This document shows, one piece after another, positions 1 to 16,500 of a stretch of 64,000 nt of DNA. The stretch's first letter is position 1. Every line of letters starts with the position of its first letter. Position numbers and translations under genes: made by a program. A model generated the notes under the pieces. The model was given only the letters and a program-made list of their open reading frames with translations, did not search any database and was not told where the DNA came from. Source of the stretch: the human T2T-CHM13v2.0 reference genome, Homo sapiens; NCBI RefSeq assembly GCF_009914755.1, contig NC_060938.1; one strand, written 5' to 3'.

Positions 1-194
1 CCACTATATCTTAAAAGCTTTTCCTTTTTTTTGTTTTGACATAATGGATATGCATGGATAATAAGAATAATAGTAAAATGTCACAGTATGCAGACACATG
101 TGATGCCTGAAATGCTGTCGATTGTTAACTGTAACACTGGGATTTGTAGTGTCCTGGGCATCACTGTGAAACACTGAGAGAGACACATGCAGTC

Positions 195-458
195 TCTGGA
201 GCAATATCTCTACTTTTGTAGCTCAAAACAGCCTTAGGTAAGTATATATGTGAATGACCATTGCTATGTTTCAAGAAAACTTTATTTGTGGACACTGAAA
301 TATGAATTTCATATAATTCTCATATGTCATGAAGTATTAGGCCTCTTTTATTTTTTTCAAACCATTTAACAATGTAAACACTGTTCTTAGCTTGCAGACC
401 CTGGAAAAACAAGTAGTAGAGAGGATTTGGCTCATGGACTGTAGTTTGCTGACCCCTG
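195..458 (+). mobile_element. MER58B-like hAT-Charlie MITE
   Basis: aaaactttatttgtggacactgaaatatgaatttcatataatt...ggatttggctcatggactgtagtttgctgacccctg matches the recalled MER58B body and 3' terminus. Confidence 0.75.
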
Positions 459-574
459 CTTTAGCGCTGTAAAAAATCTAGAGAAGGTGGAGAGGGGGCA
501 TAAATCTTTTATAAAAAGACATCAAACTAGGGCTAGGCCAGTGTCCTGCCATATGTTCTGAGAAAGAGCAAGTC

Positions 575-735
575 TGCGTGTATATGTGTATATGTACACA
601 TATATATGGATGAGTATGTGTGTACATATTTAAGTGAATGAAATTGTATGTATTTGTGCCTACATGTGTGTATTAATATGTGCATATATATGAGTGTATA
701 TATGTTTTTGTGCATATTTCTGTGTTTATGTGTGA
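575..735. repeat. degenerate (TG/TA)n low-complexity tract
   Basis: Alternating tg/ta dinucleotides. Confidence 0.8.
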
Positions 736-3304
736 TTAAAGACTCAGGATTAAATCATGTATTTTTTCTTGTAAGATGCATATATATAGATATTTGACTG
801 TTGATAATGTAGAGATGCCAATTTTAGCTGTATCTTGGCTTCAAGATCTAGTTCAAAATTATACTTTGTTACTCAATTACAAAAGAGTCGAGATATGTCT
901 CTTTCAGTAACACTGTTCCTTTTACCAGCTAACCAGAAACTGAATTGCCACATAACTACTCAGGTAATTACACTGCATTTAGTGCCAAAATTTAAGCATC
1001 CATGCCACCAAGACATTTTTCCTTTTTTTTTTTTTTTGCTTTTAATTTCATTTAAAATCTTGTATTAAAAGATATTGCTCTTCTTGGGAGTTATGCAACT
1101 TAATTTCTTATCTAGTTCAAATTTTATTTTTCTTTTCTAAGATGCTATTCAACATTTGAAGTGTTGGATACATTATGGATAAAGGGGGAAATATCAACTA
1201 TAACTTTGTTTTTGCTGTCTGTTATGACTATACATGGGGGTGGGGGTAGGGTGGACAGGTCAGCACATATTTCTTGCCAATTCCATATGTGAAATTCATG
1301 GGATACTCAGAAAATATTGTGTGCCTCCATCTACTCAGCTGGAAAGTAGGATTTTAAAAAATGGCTTGCAGAGAGAATATGGAAGGTATGGTGTGTGGCA
1401 ATTGAAGAGGACAGTAGGAGATTCCCAACACATTACGTATCTCAAATGATGAGCACTTCAAGTAATATAACAAGGAGCAAATGGTTATTATCAAACACTG
1501 TCTTAGACAACAAGAGGGTTTCCTACTGTCTGTAGGGATGAGACAACATAAAGTACTGTTGGCTCCAAGATATTTAGAAGTCATTTTATCATACAATTTA
1601 CTTCTATCCTATAAGCTTCCAGAAACATTTGAAAGGAAAGAAAGCCTTTGGCAAAGGAACCGTCACTGGATCCATCATGTGTAAATTATTTTCCTAATTA
1701 TACAATTTTTATTATTTCAACATCGAATTATTCCATATATGTGGGCTGGTATTTTGGGGAAAAACTGACTATCATTTGATATTTTATTATATTATTTCCA
1801 AGAAATATTCTAATGATTGTTTTTCACTTTTTTGAAATTACAGCATTTTAAAAAGGTTGTACATCTAGCAATACCTAACAAAATAGGAAATCAACTTGGT
1901 AAGTAATGTATTACAACTTTCATTTTTAATACGCATTTTGCCTAGTTCAAATAGGACATTTATACCTATAATTAAATCTTAAAGAAACTCCTGTCTTCCA
2001 AACACATGTATGTGTCTATTCTCTCCAATGGTAGGAAAACAAAATCAGACTCACACAAATTAAAACTAGAGTGAACATATCAATCATTATTTATAAATCC
2101 AGAGAATTAGAACACAGAATGTAGAAACAGTATATTAGGTATTACATGAGAATTTTTTTAATCCTGTAGTTATGATGGTGAACTGTCTTTGAATGTACAA
2201 TTTATGGCTACTAGAATTGTTTTTATGCTAAAATTACTGATAATGTGAATCCTCAGTATCTGTGGAAAATAGATTCTGCATTGCTACTTAAGGTAGATGT
2301 TTACTTCTTTTCCTATTTAGAGCTGAAAGTCCTTTCTGCTTTAGTTCAGGCAGGCAAAGCTAAATAAAGTTAATAATGTTTCCCTGCCCACCTATATTTC
2401 TTAATTACCTGTGATTCTATGTACCTTGGTAGTATAAGAAGGTTGCACAACTCCACATTTTTGACATCTTGAGAAGAAAAGAAGTGGAAGCAGGAGATCC
2501 AAACAAAATCCATGCTAGATAACTACTAAATTGATCAGACATTTGGTGTTTTGAGTAAACTGTGGGTAAATTGCCCTCTTTAACCCCAGATCGGACCTTT
2601 GTAATCAGCCACCATTTCAGAAACTTACATGACCCAATTACTGTGTCTCTGAGTGTCTTTCTTTAAATACCTCAGTTTGACTTGAAAAAGAATTGGAGAT
2701 TACAACAAAAATTAAATCAATATAAAAGTATTTAATTTATATTTGAATACTTGATCTTAACTGAACCTAATTATGAGTTTTCTTTCTGTTTACAGATAAG
2801 GACATTTTCTCCTAAAACTGTTAGATTTTATCATCTGTATAACATACATTTTTTCATCTCTATAGTATGAAAACATCCATATGGATATGCATCATTGCTT
2901 TTCAGGTGTCAAAATTTGTGGATAAATATATAGTTTATAAGAAGCAAATAAGTGGCAAATAACAAACTGTGACTATTAAAGTAATATGAAATTCAAATTC
3001 AAATAAAAATACATGTGTGACTAATAAATAAAGCTGATAGCTCAGGGTTCAAAGTAAGAAAGAACTAGTTATATTAATGAAGTCATTTAACTTAGCTATA
3101 AAACAATAAAAAGCAAGAACTTATTGAAAATTATAACTCTGTTTAATTTCTTGATAAATCAGTCAACATCGTTTCTACTGAAATTATCTCTATTCCCAAC
3201 ACATTATTGTTTCCAGTTCACATTATGCTCAGGAAGGATGGATTTTCATCACATAGAATGGTTTAATTTGGTTAATTGTGTTTCTTTCTCAGTATACCAT
3301 CTGT

Positions 3305-5150
3305 TTGAATCAGGCTTAAGTTGAAGATATCTGAAACTACTCTGGCTATTTAAAGCAGAAAAGGATTTAATACAGGAATTAAGTTCATACAAATTTATTG
3401 GAAGGCCGGGATAACAGGATCCAGTACCTCAGAAGTAACCCACCCGGAGAATTTCTACTTCTGTTGTAATTAAGAATCTGTAGTACTGTCACTGCAACCA
3501 TACGCTCTAGAAATATATTGCTTTAGGTATGCAACCCATAGATTAGAAAACTATGTACTGTTGACTCCAGAGCCACATTACATCTGTTATATTGGCACAA
3601 GCAAAAATGGATGCCTGGAGGCCTTTCAATATTCAGAAATTAATTATTGGGCACTGGGATCTGTGAAAATGCTGTTGTAGAAAAATCCAGGGCCCCTGTG
3701 ATTATGCTGACCAACAGAAACGGTAGACCTGTGGCTTTCAAACTACCCTCCTTTCAAATATCACGTTACTATATTTTATTGTCCAAACCTAAACCACATT
3801 CTGTGTTCATCTGCAAAAGAGACTCAGAAATGTGGATTTTAGCTTATTAGCATCAAAAGTGTAGGAAAGCTTAGTATTGATGGTGGTGTGGACAGTGAGC
3901 ACAAATCCACCAGAACTCCCACTATTCTTCTGTTTGTCCATTTCCTGACCATTCATGCTTCTCTTCCTGTACATACATTTCCAAACAATATTATCTACAA
4001 CAATCAATTTTCACCCAATCCAATGCAATGATTCTCCCATACAAATAAAACCTACTTATACTGTTCCCAAAAGAAGCCAAGCTTCTATTAGTCATAGACT
4101 CCTCTGGATGACGTCAGTTCCTCTTCCAGTGCACTTATCTTCCCGTCTACATATTTAATAAAGTTATCAAAAAACAACACATACTATGAAGTGGGAGAAT
4201 GGAATATAAAAAAGGAAATATGTCTACATAGAATAAAATACATAAAGAAAAAGGAAGTAAATATGGCATTTGTTTATCTGAATGGTCATAAGATGATGAT
4301 TGGTATTCACAGCATCCTTTTTCTACTCTGAATTTCATGCTCCTGTTATATTCTTAGCTCTATGGCATTAGATGGTGAGTGGGTTAAAGCCAATCTTCAT
4401 TCTTTATGGGTCTGAGCCACTGGTGGCCTTGGCTATCTTGAACTGCTGAAATTGTACATGAATTTTTAACTCTGGACATGGTAATTTGATGACACATCCC
4501 AACAAGTCCTGTAAAACACAGATTCTTACAAGCTGCCTGACACACACTTTAATACCAACCCTGAATCCCCTTAAAACCAAGATCAATCTTCTATCCAACA
4601 GAGTAACCTCTTTTTTTCTCCTCTTTTTTAAAAAAAGTTTATGGTCATAAGGACACCCAAATAGCCTGTTAGTAGTTTTAACTTCCAGTTGTAGGAACCA
4701 GTGTGCTATCTTGTGGAAATATTACTTTCTTGGAAATTATAGCCTCTAAATCAAAAGAGGTCAATGTTGTGGGATGAAGAAGGAAATTTTTGCAAAAGAA
4801 CACACCCTCAATTTCCAGATCATATATTCTCATTACAGGAGAAAATGTACTAAAATGAATGTGCTCCATTTTGGCTTTCAACACCTATTAAGTTGGTCAC
4901 TCATCACTGGGACTTCTGCTGATGCTGCCACAGAAAAGTCCAGTGTTACCATGAACATGCCAATAAGCAGAAACAGCAGAATCAGTGGGAGCACAGACCT
5001 ACCATGCTCCTGCTTCCAAATCTCATGTTAGTTTCTCATATTGCTTGAGCATGGATAACATCTCAACCCATCTGTAAAGGAATCTTGGAAATATAACACG
5101 TTGAAAGGAAGATGGAATGGATATTGCGTGCCACTCTCTCCAATCCCATA
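3305..5150 (-). mobile_element. ancient ERV-L-class provirus remnant (two LTR-related segments plus 3' internal region)
   Basis: Segments ~3660-3830 and ~4920-5095 are diverged direct repeats of each other. The sequence between them translates on the minus strand to ERV-L dUTPase-region peptides. Confidence 0.65.
4400..4790 (-). pseudogene. frameshifted ERV-L dUTPase-region remnant
   Basis: Minus-strand peptides PTTLTSFDLEAIISKKVIFPQDSTLVP / NWKLKLLTGYLGVLMTIN / KEVTLLD-KIDLGFKG / DLLGCVIKLPCPELKIHVQFQQ...SGSDP are collinear with recalled ERV-L PATLCSAGLEVLVP..NWKLRLPPGHFGLLMP..GVTVLAGVIDPDYQG..DPLGRLLVLPCPVIKVNGKLQQ..GPDP. Confidence 0.7.
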
Positions 5151-5254
5151 TGCCATCTAACTTTACTGATACAGCATTCTTTTTAACTCAGTTCATGGGT
5201 CATCCACTTCTTCCTTCTCCTTGCCTTATTTATTAGTTAATTTGTTATTGTTGT

Positions 5255-6090
5255 TATTTGTGATAATAACACTTAAGATCTACTCTCTGAGTAAATATTT
5301 AAGTATGTAATACAATATTATTAACTATAGGCACTACATTGTAAAGTACATCTGTAGAACTTATTTATCTTGTGCAACTGAAACTTTGTACCCCTTTCCT
5401 AATATCTCTCTATTTCGCCATTCCCTAACCCCTGGTAGCCACCTTTCTACTCTGTTTCTGTGAGTTTCACTATTTTAGATACCTCATATAAGTGGTGTCA
5501 TGCAGTATTTGTCCTTCTGTGTCTGACTTACTTCACTTACCATAATGTCCTTCAGGTTCATTCATGTTGTTGCAAATGGCAGGATTGCCTTTCTTTTTAA
5601 GACTTAGTCATATTTCTTGCCTTTATGTACCACATTTTCATTATCATTTTATCCATTTATGAACTTTTATGTTGCTTTCATATCTTGACTGTTGTGAATA
5701 TGCTGAAATGAATGTAAGAGTGGAGATATGTCTTCGAAATCCTGATTTCTATTCCTTTGGATATACAACCAGACATCAAATTGCTGGATTGTACGGAAGT
5801 TTTATTTTTGTTCTTTTGAGGAATCTCTACACCCTTTTCCATAGCGGCTATAGCAATTAATAGTGCCACCATTAGTACAAGAGTTTCTTTCTCTTCACAT
5901 CCTCACTACCAATTGTTATTTTTTAAATATTAGTCATTATAACAGGTATGAGGTTTGAATTTTATTTTATTGTGATATTAATTTGCATTTCCCTGATGAC
6001 TAATGATATTGAGCATTTTTTCATATACTTGTTGGCCATTTGTACATATTCTTTGAGAAAATGTCTATTCAGTTCTTTGCCCATTTTTTC
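5255..6090 (-). mobile_element. old L1 3' end (L1MA8-10-like)
   Basis: Antisense L1M 3'UTR: tagaacttatttatcttgtgcaactgaaactttgtaccc, tagatacctcatataagtgg, tttgcatttccctgatgactaatgatattgagc. Confidence 0.8.
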
Positions 6091-6094
6091 CGTG

Positions 6095-8100
6095 ATTAAA
6101 AGTGGGATATGAAGTCTTCAACTATTATGGTATTGCTATCTATTTCTCCTTCAGAGCTGTCAATATTTATTTTATATAGTTAGATGCTCTGATTTTGGTG
6201 CATATATATTTATTATAAGTTCTGGTCAAATTGACAATTTTATTATATAATGACCTTCTTTGCCTTTTGTGACAGTTTTGGACTAATATCTCTATTTTGT
6301 CTTATATAAAAAGAGCCACTCCTGATCTCCTTTGGTTACCATTTGCATGGAGTATCTTTTTCCAGTGAAATTCCTTTACTCTCAGCCTATTTGTGTACCT
6401 AAATGAAAAGTGCATCTCTTGTATGGATTATACAGTTGGATCTAATTTTTTAACCCATTTATCTATTCTATTTCTAATTGGTGAGTTTAATTCATTAACA
6501 TTTAAAGTAATTATTGATAGCTAAGGAATTATTATTGCCATGTTGTTAATTGTTTTCTATTTTGTAGTTCTCTTGTTTCCCTTATCCTCTCTTGTTGTCT
6601 TTGTTATTTGATAATTTTTTAAGGTTACATACTTCTATTCCTTTCTATGTATTATTATTACTCGTTGGGATATGCTAGAAGTTTTTCTTTGTAGTTACCA
6701 TGAGGCTTGCATAAAACTTCTTATAATTATAATTGTATATTTCAAGCTGAAAACAACTTAACTTCAATTACATACAAAACTCTATACTTCCACATCCCTC
6801 ACATACAGTTGATATTATTGATGCCAGAATTTCTTTGTTTTTATATTATTATTCATTAAAAGTTTTTGTGGTTATAGTCATGCTTAATACTTTTGTCTTT
6901 TAATTTTTATGCTAGGGTAAAGTGGTTGCATTATTCTGTATTCGTCTATATATTTACGATTACCATTGAGATTTATACTCTCATGGGTTTTCATGTTGCT
7001 GTTTAGTGTTCTTTCATTTCAACTTGAAAAATCCACTTTAACATTTCTCTAAGGCATCTAGTGGTGATGAACTCTCTATTTTTGTTTGTCTGGGAAGTCT
7101 TTATTGCTCCTTCATTTTTAAAGGACAGTTTTGCTAGGTATAGTATTCTTAGTTGATAGTGTTTTGCTTTCTTTCACTGACTATATCACTCTACTATCTT
7201 CAGGCCTGCGTGTCTCTTTTGAGGAATCACTGATAGTCTTATGTAAGCTTTCTTGAATGTGATGAGTTGTTTTCTCTTGCTGCTTTCAAAACTGTCTCTT
7301 CATCTTCGATAATTTCATTAATGTGTCTTACTGTAGACTTTTTTAAGTTTAACTTATTTGAGGACTTTGGGACTTCAATATCTGAATGTCCATTTCCCTT
7401 CCTACTTTTAGCAAGTTTTCAGTCATTAATTCTCTAAATTAGCTTTCTATTCCTTTCTCTGTCTCTTCTCTTTTTGAAATTCTCATAATATGTATTTTAG
7501 TTCACTTGACAGTGTCCAGTAAGTTCTATAGAGTTTATTTCTTCTTTATTCTCTTTTCTCCTGTGACTGGATAATTTCAAATGACCTGTCTTGGAGTTTA
7601 TTGATTATTGATTGAGCTGCTCTTCAAGTTATTTATTGAAGTATTCAGTTCAGTCACTGTATTTTTTAGCTCCAGAACTTCTGTTTGGTTCTTTTGCATG
7701 CTTTCTATATCTTTGCCAAAATCTTGTATTGTTTTCCTGATTTTTATTGTTCTTTATCTGTATTTGTTGTAGCTTACCGAGCTTCTTTAATATTATTACT
7801 TTGAATTCTTTGTCAGTTAGTTGACAGATCTCTAGTGTTTAGGGTTTATTATTGGGGTTTTATTTTGTCCCTTTGGTGATCTTTTGTTTCCCTGATTCTT
7901 TATTATCCTTGCTGCCTTGCCTTGGTGTCTGTGCACTTGAAGAAGTAGTCGCTTCTACCAGTCATTGTAGACCGGCTTTGGAAGGGAAAACCCTTCACCA
8001 GTCAGTCTGGCCATAGATTCTGGATGGGCAGGTTGGTGGGGTCGACAAGAAGAGGAAATTGGAGTTGGAGTCCATGAGCAGGAATTTCTATTGTTGGGGT
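6095..8100 (-). mobile_element. old L1M 5' half (5'UTR/ORF1/start of ORF2 endonuclease)
   Basis: Antisense EN-domain DNA (gaagtcttcaactattatgg..., ttaccatttgcatggagtatc) and ORF1-type DNA (tagtggtgatgaactctct, aaggacagttttgctaggtatagtattct); T-rich strand bias. Confidence 0.75.
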
Positions 8101-9399
8101 TCATGGGTGGTCCACTTCTGAATGCCAAAAATTATAAACTGCATTCCTGCTTAATATTAAAAATAGCATAAAATCCATGTTTTCCCCCAACAGTTCCCCA
8201 ATTATTAAATTGTTTTTTTTCTTGATGTACTCTAGATCTTAATTTTGCATCTTCCAGGCAGACAAGTTTTTTCTTAGATTTAATTTCTGTGTTTGATATC
8301 CAAGATTGCAATATCATCATGATGTCAGGAATGAGTGATCTCAATTTATCTTGCTTCCGTGGTCCTTACTTGCATCTCCTCACTGTTCTATGCCAAAAAC
8401 TGTTTATCTATATTTTAATAGGTTTTCAAATAAAGTTTTTATATGCTCACTCTCTGAGAGTCTGGCTACTAATTCAAGGGATTTATATTGCTAATTATTG
8501 TTAGCCAAACTTTACATAGATAGAATTTGTTCTAACTAATATATATTATTAAATATTTCTAAAATTTTTACTCTTCAATATTTTTATTTATATTAACTCA
8601 GTCTGTTTTTATAAGTATAATTACTGTTTTAAAAAATTCAACAAATGTTTACTCAGTGCTATCTTGTGCCTAGTAAATTACTTGGATCCACAGAGTTAGA
8701 AAATGTAAAGCCTGATAAATGTAGAACAGCACTTTCCACATAAAAGTTCACAGGCTGATTATGATTTACTGTATACAAAAAAGACAGTTGAAGGTTTGTC
8801 ACAGATACACTAATCATATAAATGTAACTCATACATTTACAAGGCTATACATCACACTGCAGACTGAAATCTAAATTTAAAGAAATAAACTGGAGCTTGG
8901 TGAGTTCAATATTTTCTTTTACTTTCCATAAAGCATTGAACCTTTTAAATGAAAGTAAATATTAAAGAGGTAGGTATTTTAAAAAACATTTCAGCTGCTA
9001 AAAAATTTTTATATTTTATGTTGCCAGTTTCATTGTTTAGTTCATTTGAATTGAAGGATTATTCCACAAAACAAAAAATAGTTTTTAAAAGATTGTTTAA
9101 AAAGACATTTAGGCAGTAATTTATTCTTTTATTTTTTCTTCTTGCTTAGTGGGCTTCAGGAAGTCAAATTCCTTCAAAAATGGGAGAAAATAACATAATA
9201 TATCATAATATTACCATTTTCTTAATATTGCTTCTAAAATATTTAGTAATTTTTACTCCAAAATAATTTGAGTGAAAGTTATTTTCACAAATACTACTTT
9301 ATTTACATCATGGTTGGTGTTTGTGGCAATTTGGTACAAGACTTTAAGAAAGAAACTGTTGGGGGTTCATATAATCTAAAAAAAATAGTATTTCTCTCT

Positions 9400-9482
9400 T
9401 TATATATGTGTGTTGTATATGTGTGTATGTATATATGTATGTGAATGTGTGTGTGTGGGGGTGTATAACCACTCACACATAT
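9400..9482. repeat. (TG/TA)n low-complexity tract
   Basis: Alternating dinucleotides. Confidence 0.7.
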
Positions 9483-9816
9483 GCAGATATAATCAGTAAA
9501 AATGTGTAGTTTATTTGAAGACAATGCTTTAGGATGTACTAGTTGATTCATCAGTTGCTGCCTGCATCTATCTAGTCCTTAATGGGAGCAATCTTTAGTA
9601 ACTTCCCTTCTTGCCCAAATTAAGTGAATAATTGTATGTCTATTGAACTGATTTTTCTGATCTATCAGTCATATTTATTATTCATCTAATTTATCTAGAT
9701 TGTAAAAAAAATTATTTTAACTTTGGCAAGGAGACACACAGCCTATAGCTAAATACTATGTATGTTTTAGAAAAAGTAATATCAGACATATGATAAAATA
9801 GGAGCTCTAGATTTTC

Positions 9817-11951
<2,135 letters not shown>

Positions 11952-12414
11952 AGGAACTCTAGATTTTCAAACTTACTTTAAAATATTTTCGGTTATAAAT
12001 AATAAGTATTTGAGTTCAATTTCATTAGAAGTCTTAATACAAAATCAGGGTTGTATTAGCATATTCACACATAACATAATTAACATAGAATTATAGACCT
12101 ATATCTTTATATTTCTGTAACTGTTAATTATTAACACACGTCACACGGTATGATTGGATCACTTCATGGTGTGAAGTGGTAATGTCTTTTTTTTAGGTCC
12201 TTGTACCTGTAAATCATAGCAGGTAACACATCTTTAAATTGAGGTGATGGGACTGACACACACATTCACAAACACTTGGTTTCAGTATTCACACTGTGTT
12301 CTATAGAGTGCTATAATATTCGTCAATTAATATTACTGGGACTGAAAAGCTTTAAACATTCTTTGTTTCCTCAAAGCTGCTTGTAAAATTTTTAGAGTCA
12401 CAGGCAAGAGTTAA

Positions 12415-12710
<296 letters not shown>

Positions 12711-12896
12711 AAGAGTTAATTTTTTAGAGATTTTATCTATCCATGGATTTTAAAATTCCTTTCAGATAGGCTCAAGTAACCTAGTAGATGGAGAAGAGAC
12801 AGCTCTTTTTGGAACCCTTTTGAATTCTACACTTTCCCTCAAGTTCAGAGAGTCCAGTGTCACCTTGGGATCAAATGTCTTTCTGTAACTCTTTCT

Positions 12897-13245
<349 letters not shown>

Positions 13246-13429
13246 TGATTCTTGAGCAATGTGATCAGTGTGTAGCTTAAACTCAGAAAGAGATGAAAAA
13301 ATTATGATTAATTTGCATATCCTCATAAGATGTATTTATTCTATTAAAAATATTTTATGTTCTGGAGTTTCAGGATATTTGTCTATGTGTTGAACATTAT
13401 TCATTTGCACTGGCATTCCATGACCTATT

Positions 13430-13533
13430 GGTAAAAATGCAGTGGCTGGGCTGTACCCACAGATCCATGAGTATCAGAATTTCTGGGATTGGAAATTAGT
13501 GATTCTTTCATACTCCAAAGTTTGATAATTGCT
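13430..13533. mobile_element. possible MER5-type fragment
   Basis: aaaatgcag...ctgggc...cccacaga...atcagaatttctggg...gtgattct...caaagtttga resembles the MER5A core. Confidence 0.35.
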
Positions 13534-16500
13534 AACAGAAAAATGAGAGGTGTTTAATTTTTACACAATGGGTTTTTTTAAATAGTAAGTGTAGCTATAG
13601 TTTGAAGCTGCAGAGTTTGTTAGTCAAATTTTCTTGGATCTAGTCTCCTGGCCCAACTGATATTTTTCAGTGACAGTAGTGCTTTTTGGTCTCCCTAGTC
13701 CAGGGATTATGGAGCAGTCTAAGGATCACTCCCAAAATGGGTCCTTCAATAAGTGAATCTTATTGTATGATACAGATCTGATATCTGATTTTTGGGCTGG
13801 ATTATTTAATTAAGATTAGAGTCAGGTTTGTCTTTTCCTGACAAAAGAGATACAATATGCTGACTAATTATATTTGCAAAGAAAATAGAGGCCAAAATAT
13901 ACAATGAATTAAGGAGAATATTGAATATTCTGCATGTCAAAGTTAGGAACTAAAACCACTTTTGACAGATGACTGACATAGAGATGCGTTATAATTAGGA
14001 TTTCTTTTTAAGAACATACCAAACCATATTAAACATTACTGGGAAGATAATTTATAGTTGGTTAGATAATGAATAGAATTAACTAAGTGTATTCTAATGA
14101 GAAAAAAATACCCCTTTCTAAAAGTAAATTATTATTTTCTTATTTATAAAATCAAGATTCAATTAATGATGAAATTCTCGTTCTCAAATAATAGAATGGC
14201 AAGTCTCCATTAGATAACTCTAATGAAAAATAATCAATATATTGACTTGATAATTAGACATTACCTATAATTATGTGGAAAAGGTCTTTAAAAATAAATG
14301 GACATCTCTTTGATAAAATAAATTGCTAAACATAGGTGTCACTTTGAGACATTTATGCCATTAATATAGAATTACAATGGAATTTTATTTTAATGCTGTG
14401 GTAATTAATGCTAAGTTATGATGATAAAAGTACAAATGACAATGAATAGCAAATGAGGTAATACAATAAATAGCAAATGAATTGGTCCTGACAGAGAACT
14501 TACCAGATTGATAAAGTTATAATATTTTTGGTTACTTTGAAGTATTCCTCAAATTTGAAAATTTTATAGTAGTCTACAGAGTTGGAGGTAGATGCGCCAT
14601 ACAATTCTTGTTTCTTTTGAAGGGCCTATATTTTGTAGTGTATCTCTAAAACACATTCTAAGTCCAACCAAAATCCATCAGAATCAGACTATTTTATTTA
14701 TTTTTTTATTTTGGTGACTCACAGATTCTTTGCCTCTACTGAGTTTACCTCCTCAATTATCAGTCTTTCAGAGTGTACAGAATAAGTAGAAGTTATCGTT
14801 GATCTGCTCACAGGACCAAAAAGAACATTATGCCATATCCATTTTCCTAGTCAGCTCTATATTTTGCCTCCTTGATTTTAAAACTATTGTAGTCTTTATA
14901 TTTCTACCCATACACAGATTATATTATTTTCTTCTTGCTTTGTTTACCTATCTAAATTCACATTGTTTGTGCAATTTCTTCATTATTTTATTTGAAAAGC
15001 ATTTTCTTCAAAGATCCTATTTGTTGAAATTGTATTTTTCTTTTTAGAATGCCAGCTTATTTTATTAATTTATTTTTCCGTGTAGCATTCATTAATTTAG
15101 TAGGTACCCTACACATACCAGGTCTAAGAACTAGACATTCCAAGTTGTCTAGACTCATAGTTCCTTAAACAATGTTTGTTGGATTCTTCTCTCCACTCAG
15201 ATACAACCTAAGATAGATATTAATCTTTTGCCTTGGACTAAAAAATGTAGCATTCAATCTAACACATAAGTAACATTTTTATGGAAATGGAAGTCCTGTT
15301 GGTTGCCCCTTTTTTTTCTGTAGAACATGTGCACATTTGCCTCGTATGACATTTGCAGATAGCTGTGACACATTCCCTCTCATTCAGCAATGTATGTGAT
15401 TGAATCACTGAAAATTCCTCAGGCTCTAATCAAGTATCCACTGCATACTCTGATGATGCCCTTGAGATAGTCCTCTGTTTTAGACACCATCCCCCCACCA
15501 TTTTCCAGAGGCTAAACCACCTGAGAGGTACTGGCACCTGTTCGTTCCTCTATTACACAAGGAAGGACCTAGCAAGGACAAAGTTGAGGTATAAGTGACT
15601 GGTTTGAAGTGGGAAGGTCCAATGAAGAGCCGGTGAAAAGATGAGGAGGAATAGTACCTCTTCTCTTACTTATGATCAAAGTTCATAAAGCCACCAGGTA
15701 GACAATAGAAATAGCATCTTGGATACTGACATATGTTGGGATAATTGAAACCAATTGACAAACCAAGGAGGTGGGCGGGGACTGAGATCTAACTTGTAAC
15801 TTTAAAAGAACTGGAGGGTGGAAAAAACAGGAAAGCCAAATGTGGGAATGACAGGACAGAAAAATGAGAAACACAATTGTAATTCTGATGCCAACATCTA
15901 GAGTTTCTTCTCATATATCCATTTCTGGGGCACTGCTAGAGTTAGCCAGGCTTACTGAAAGACTAATGTCCTAAGGACCATGACCATTTGACACGTTTTA
16001 TTGTGATCCCAGATACAATTTTAAACATTTCATGCTCTACTGTAAATTATTGATTAATAAAATTTGGTTACATTCTCTCCCTTTCCAATCTATCTCTCGA
16101 CTGCAAGGTATTGAAGCATGCAATTAGCAAGAAAAGTTCTAGCCAATAAAGGCATACATTGATTCAGTATGTTTCAAAATGGTGATTTCCATGCTCTTTC
16201 CATATTGCAAAGCATTTTTTATAGTTACATGAGTGGGAAGTACAAAATTGCAAAAAAGCCCCAAATTGGTAAGACATTTCCACTTTTATTATCTGCATTT
16301 TCATTAAAAAACATTAAATGCTTGCTCCTTTTTGAATAATTCATATTCGTTTTGTATTATTAAACTTTTGCTACTCAGATTGATCTTCATTCACAAAAGC
16401 AAATTTATATAATGGCTTGGTTGGTGATATAGCATAATTTCAAAGCCACTTTTCATAAGACTTTAAAAAGAGTTAACCAAGTTCCCTTTCAAAATATAGT

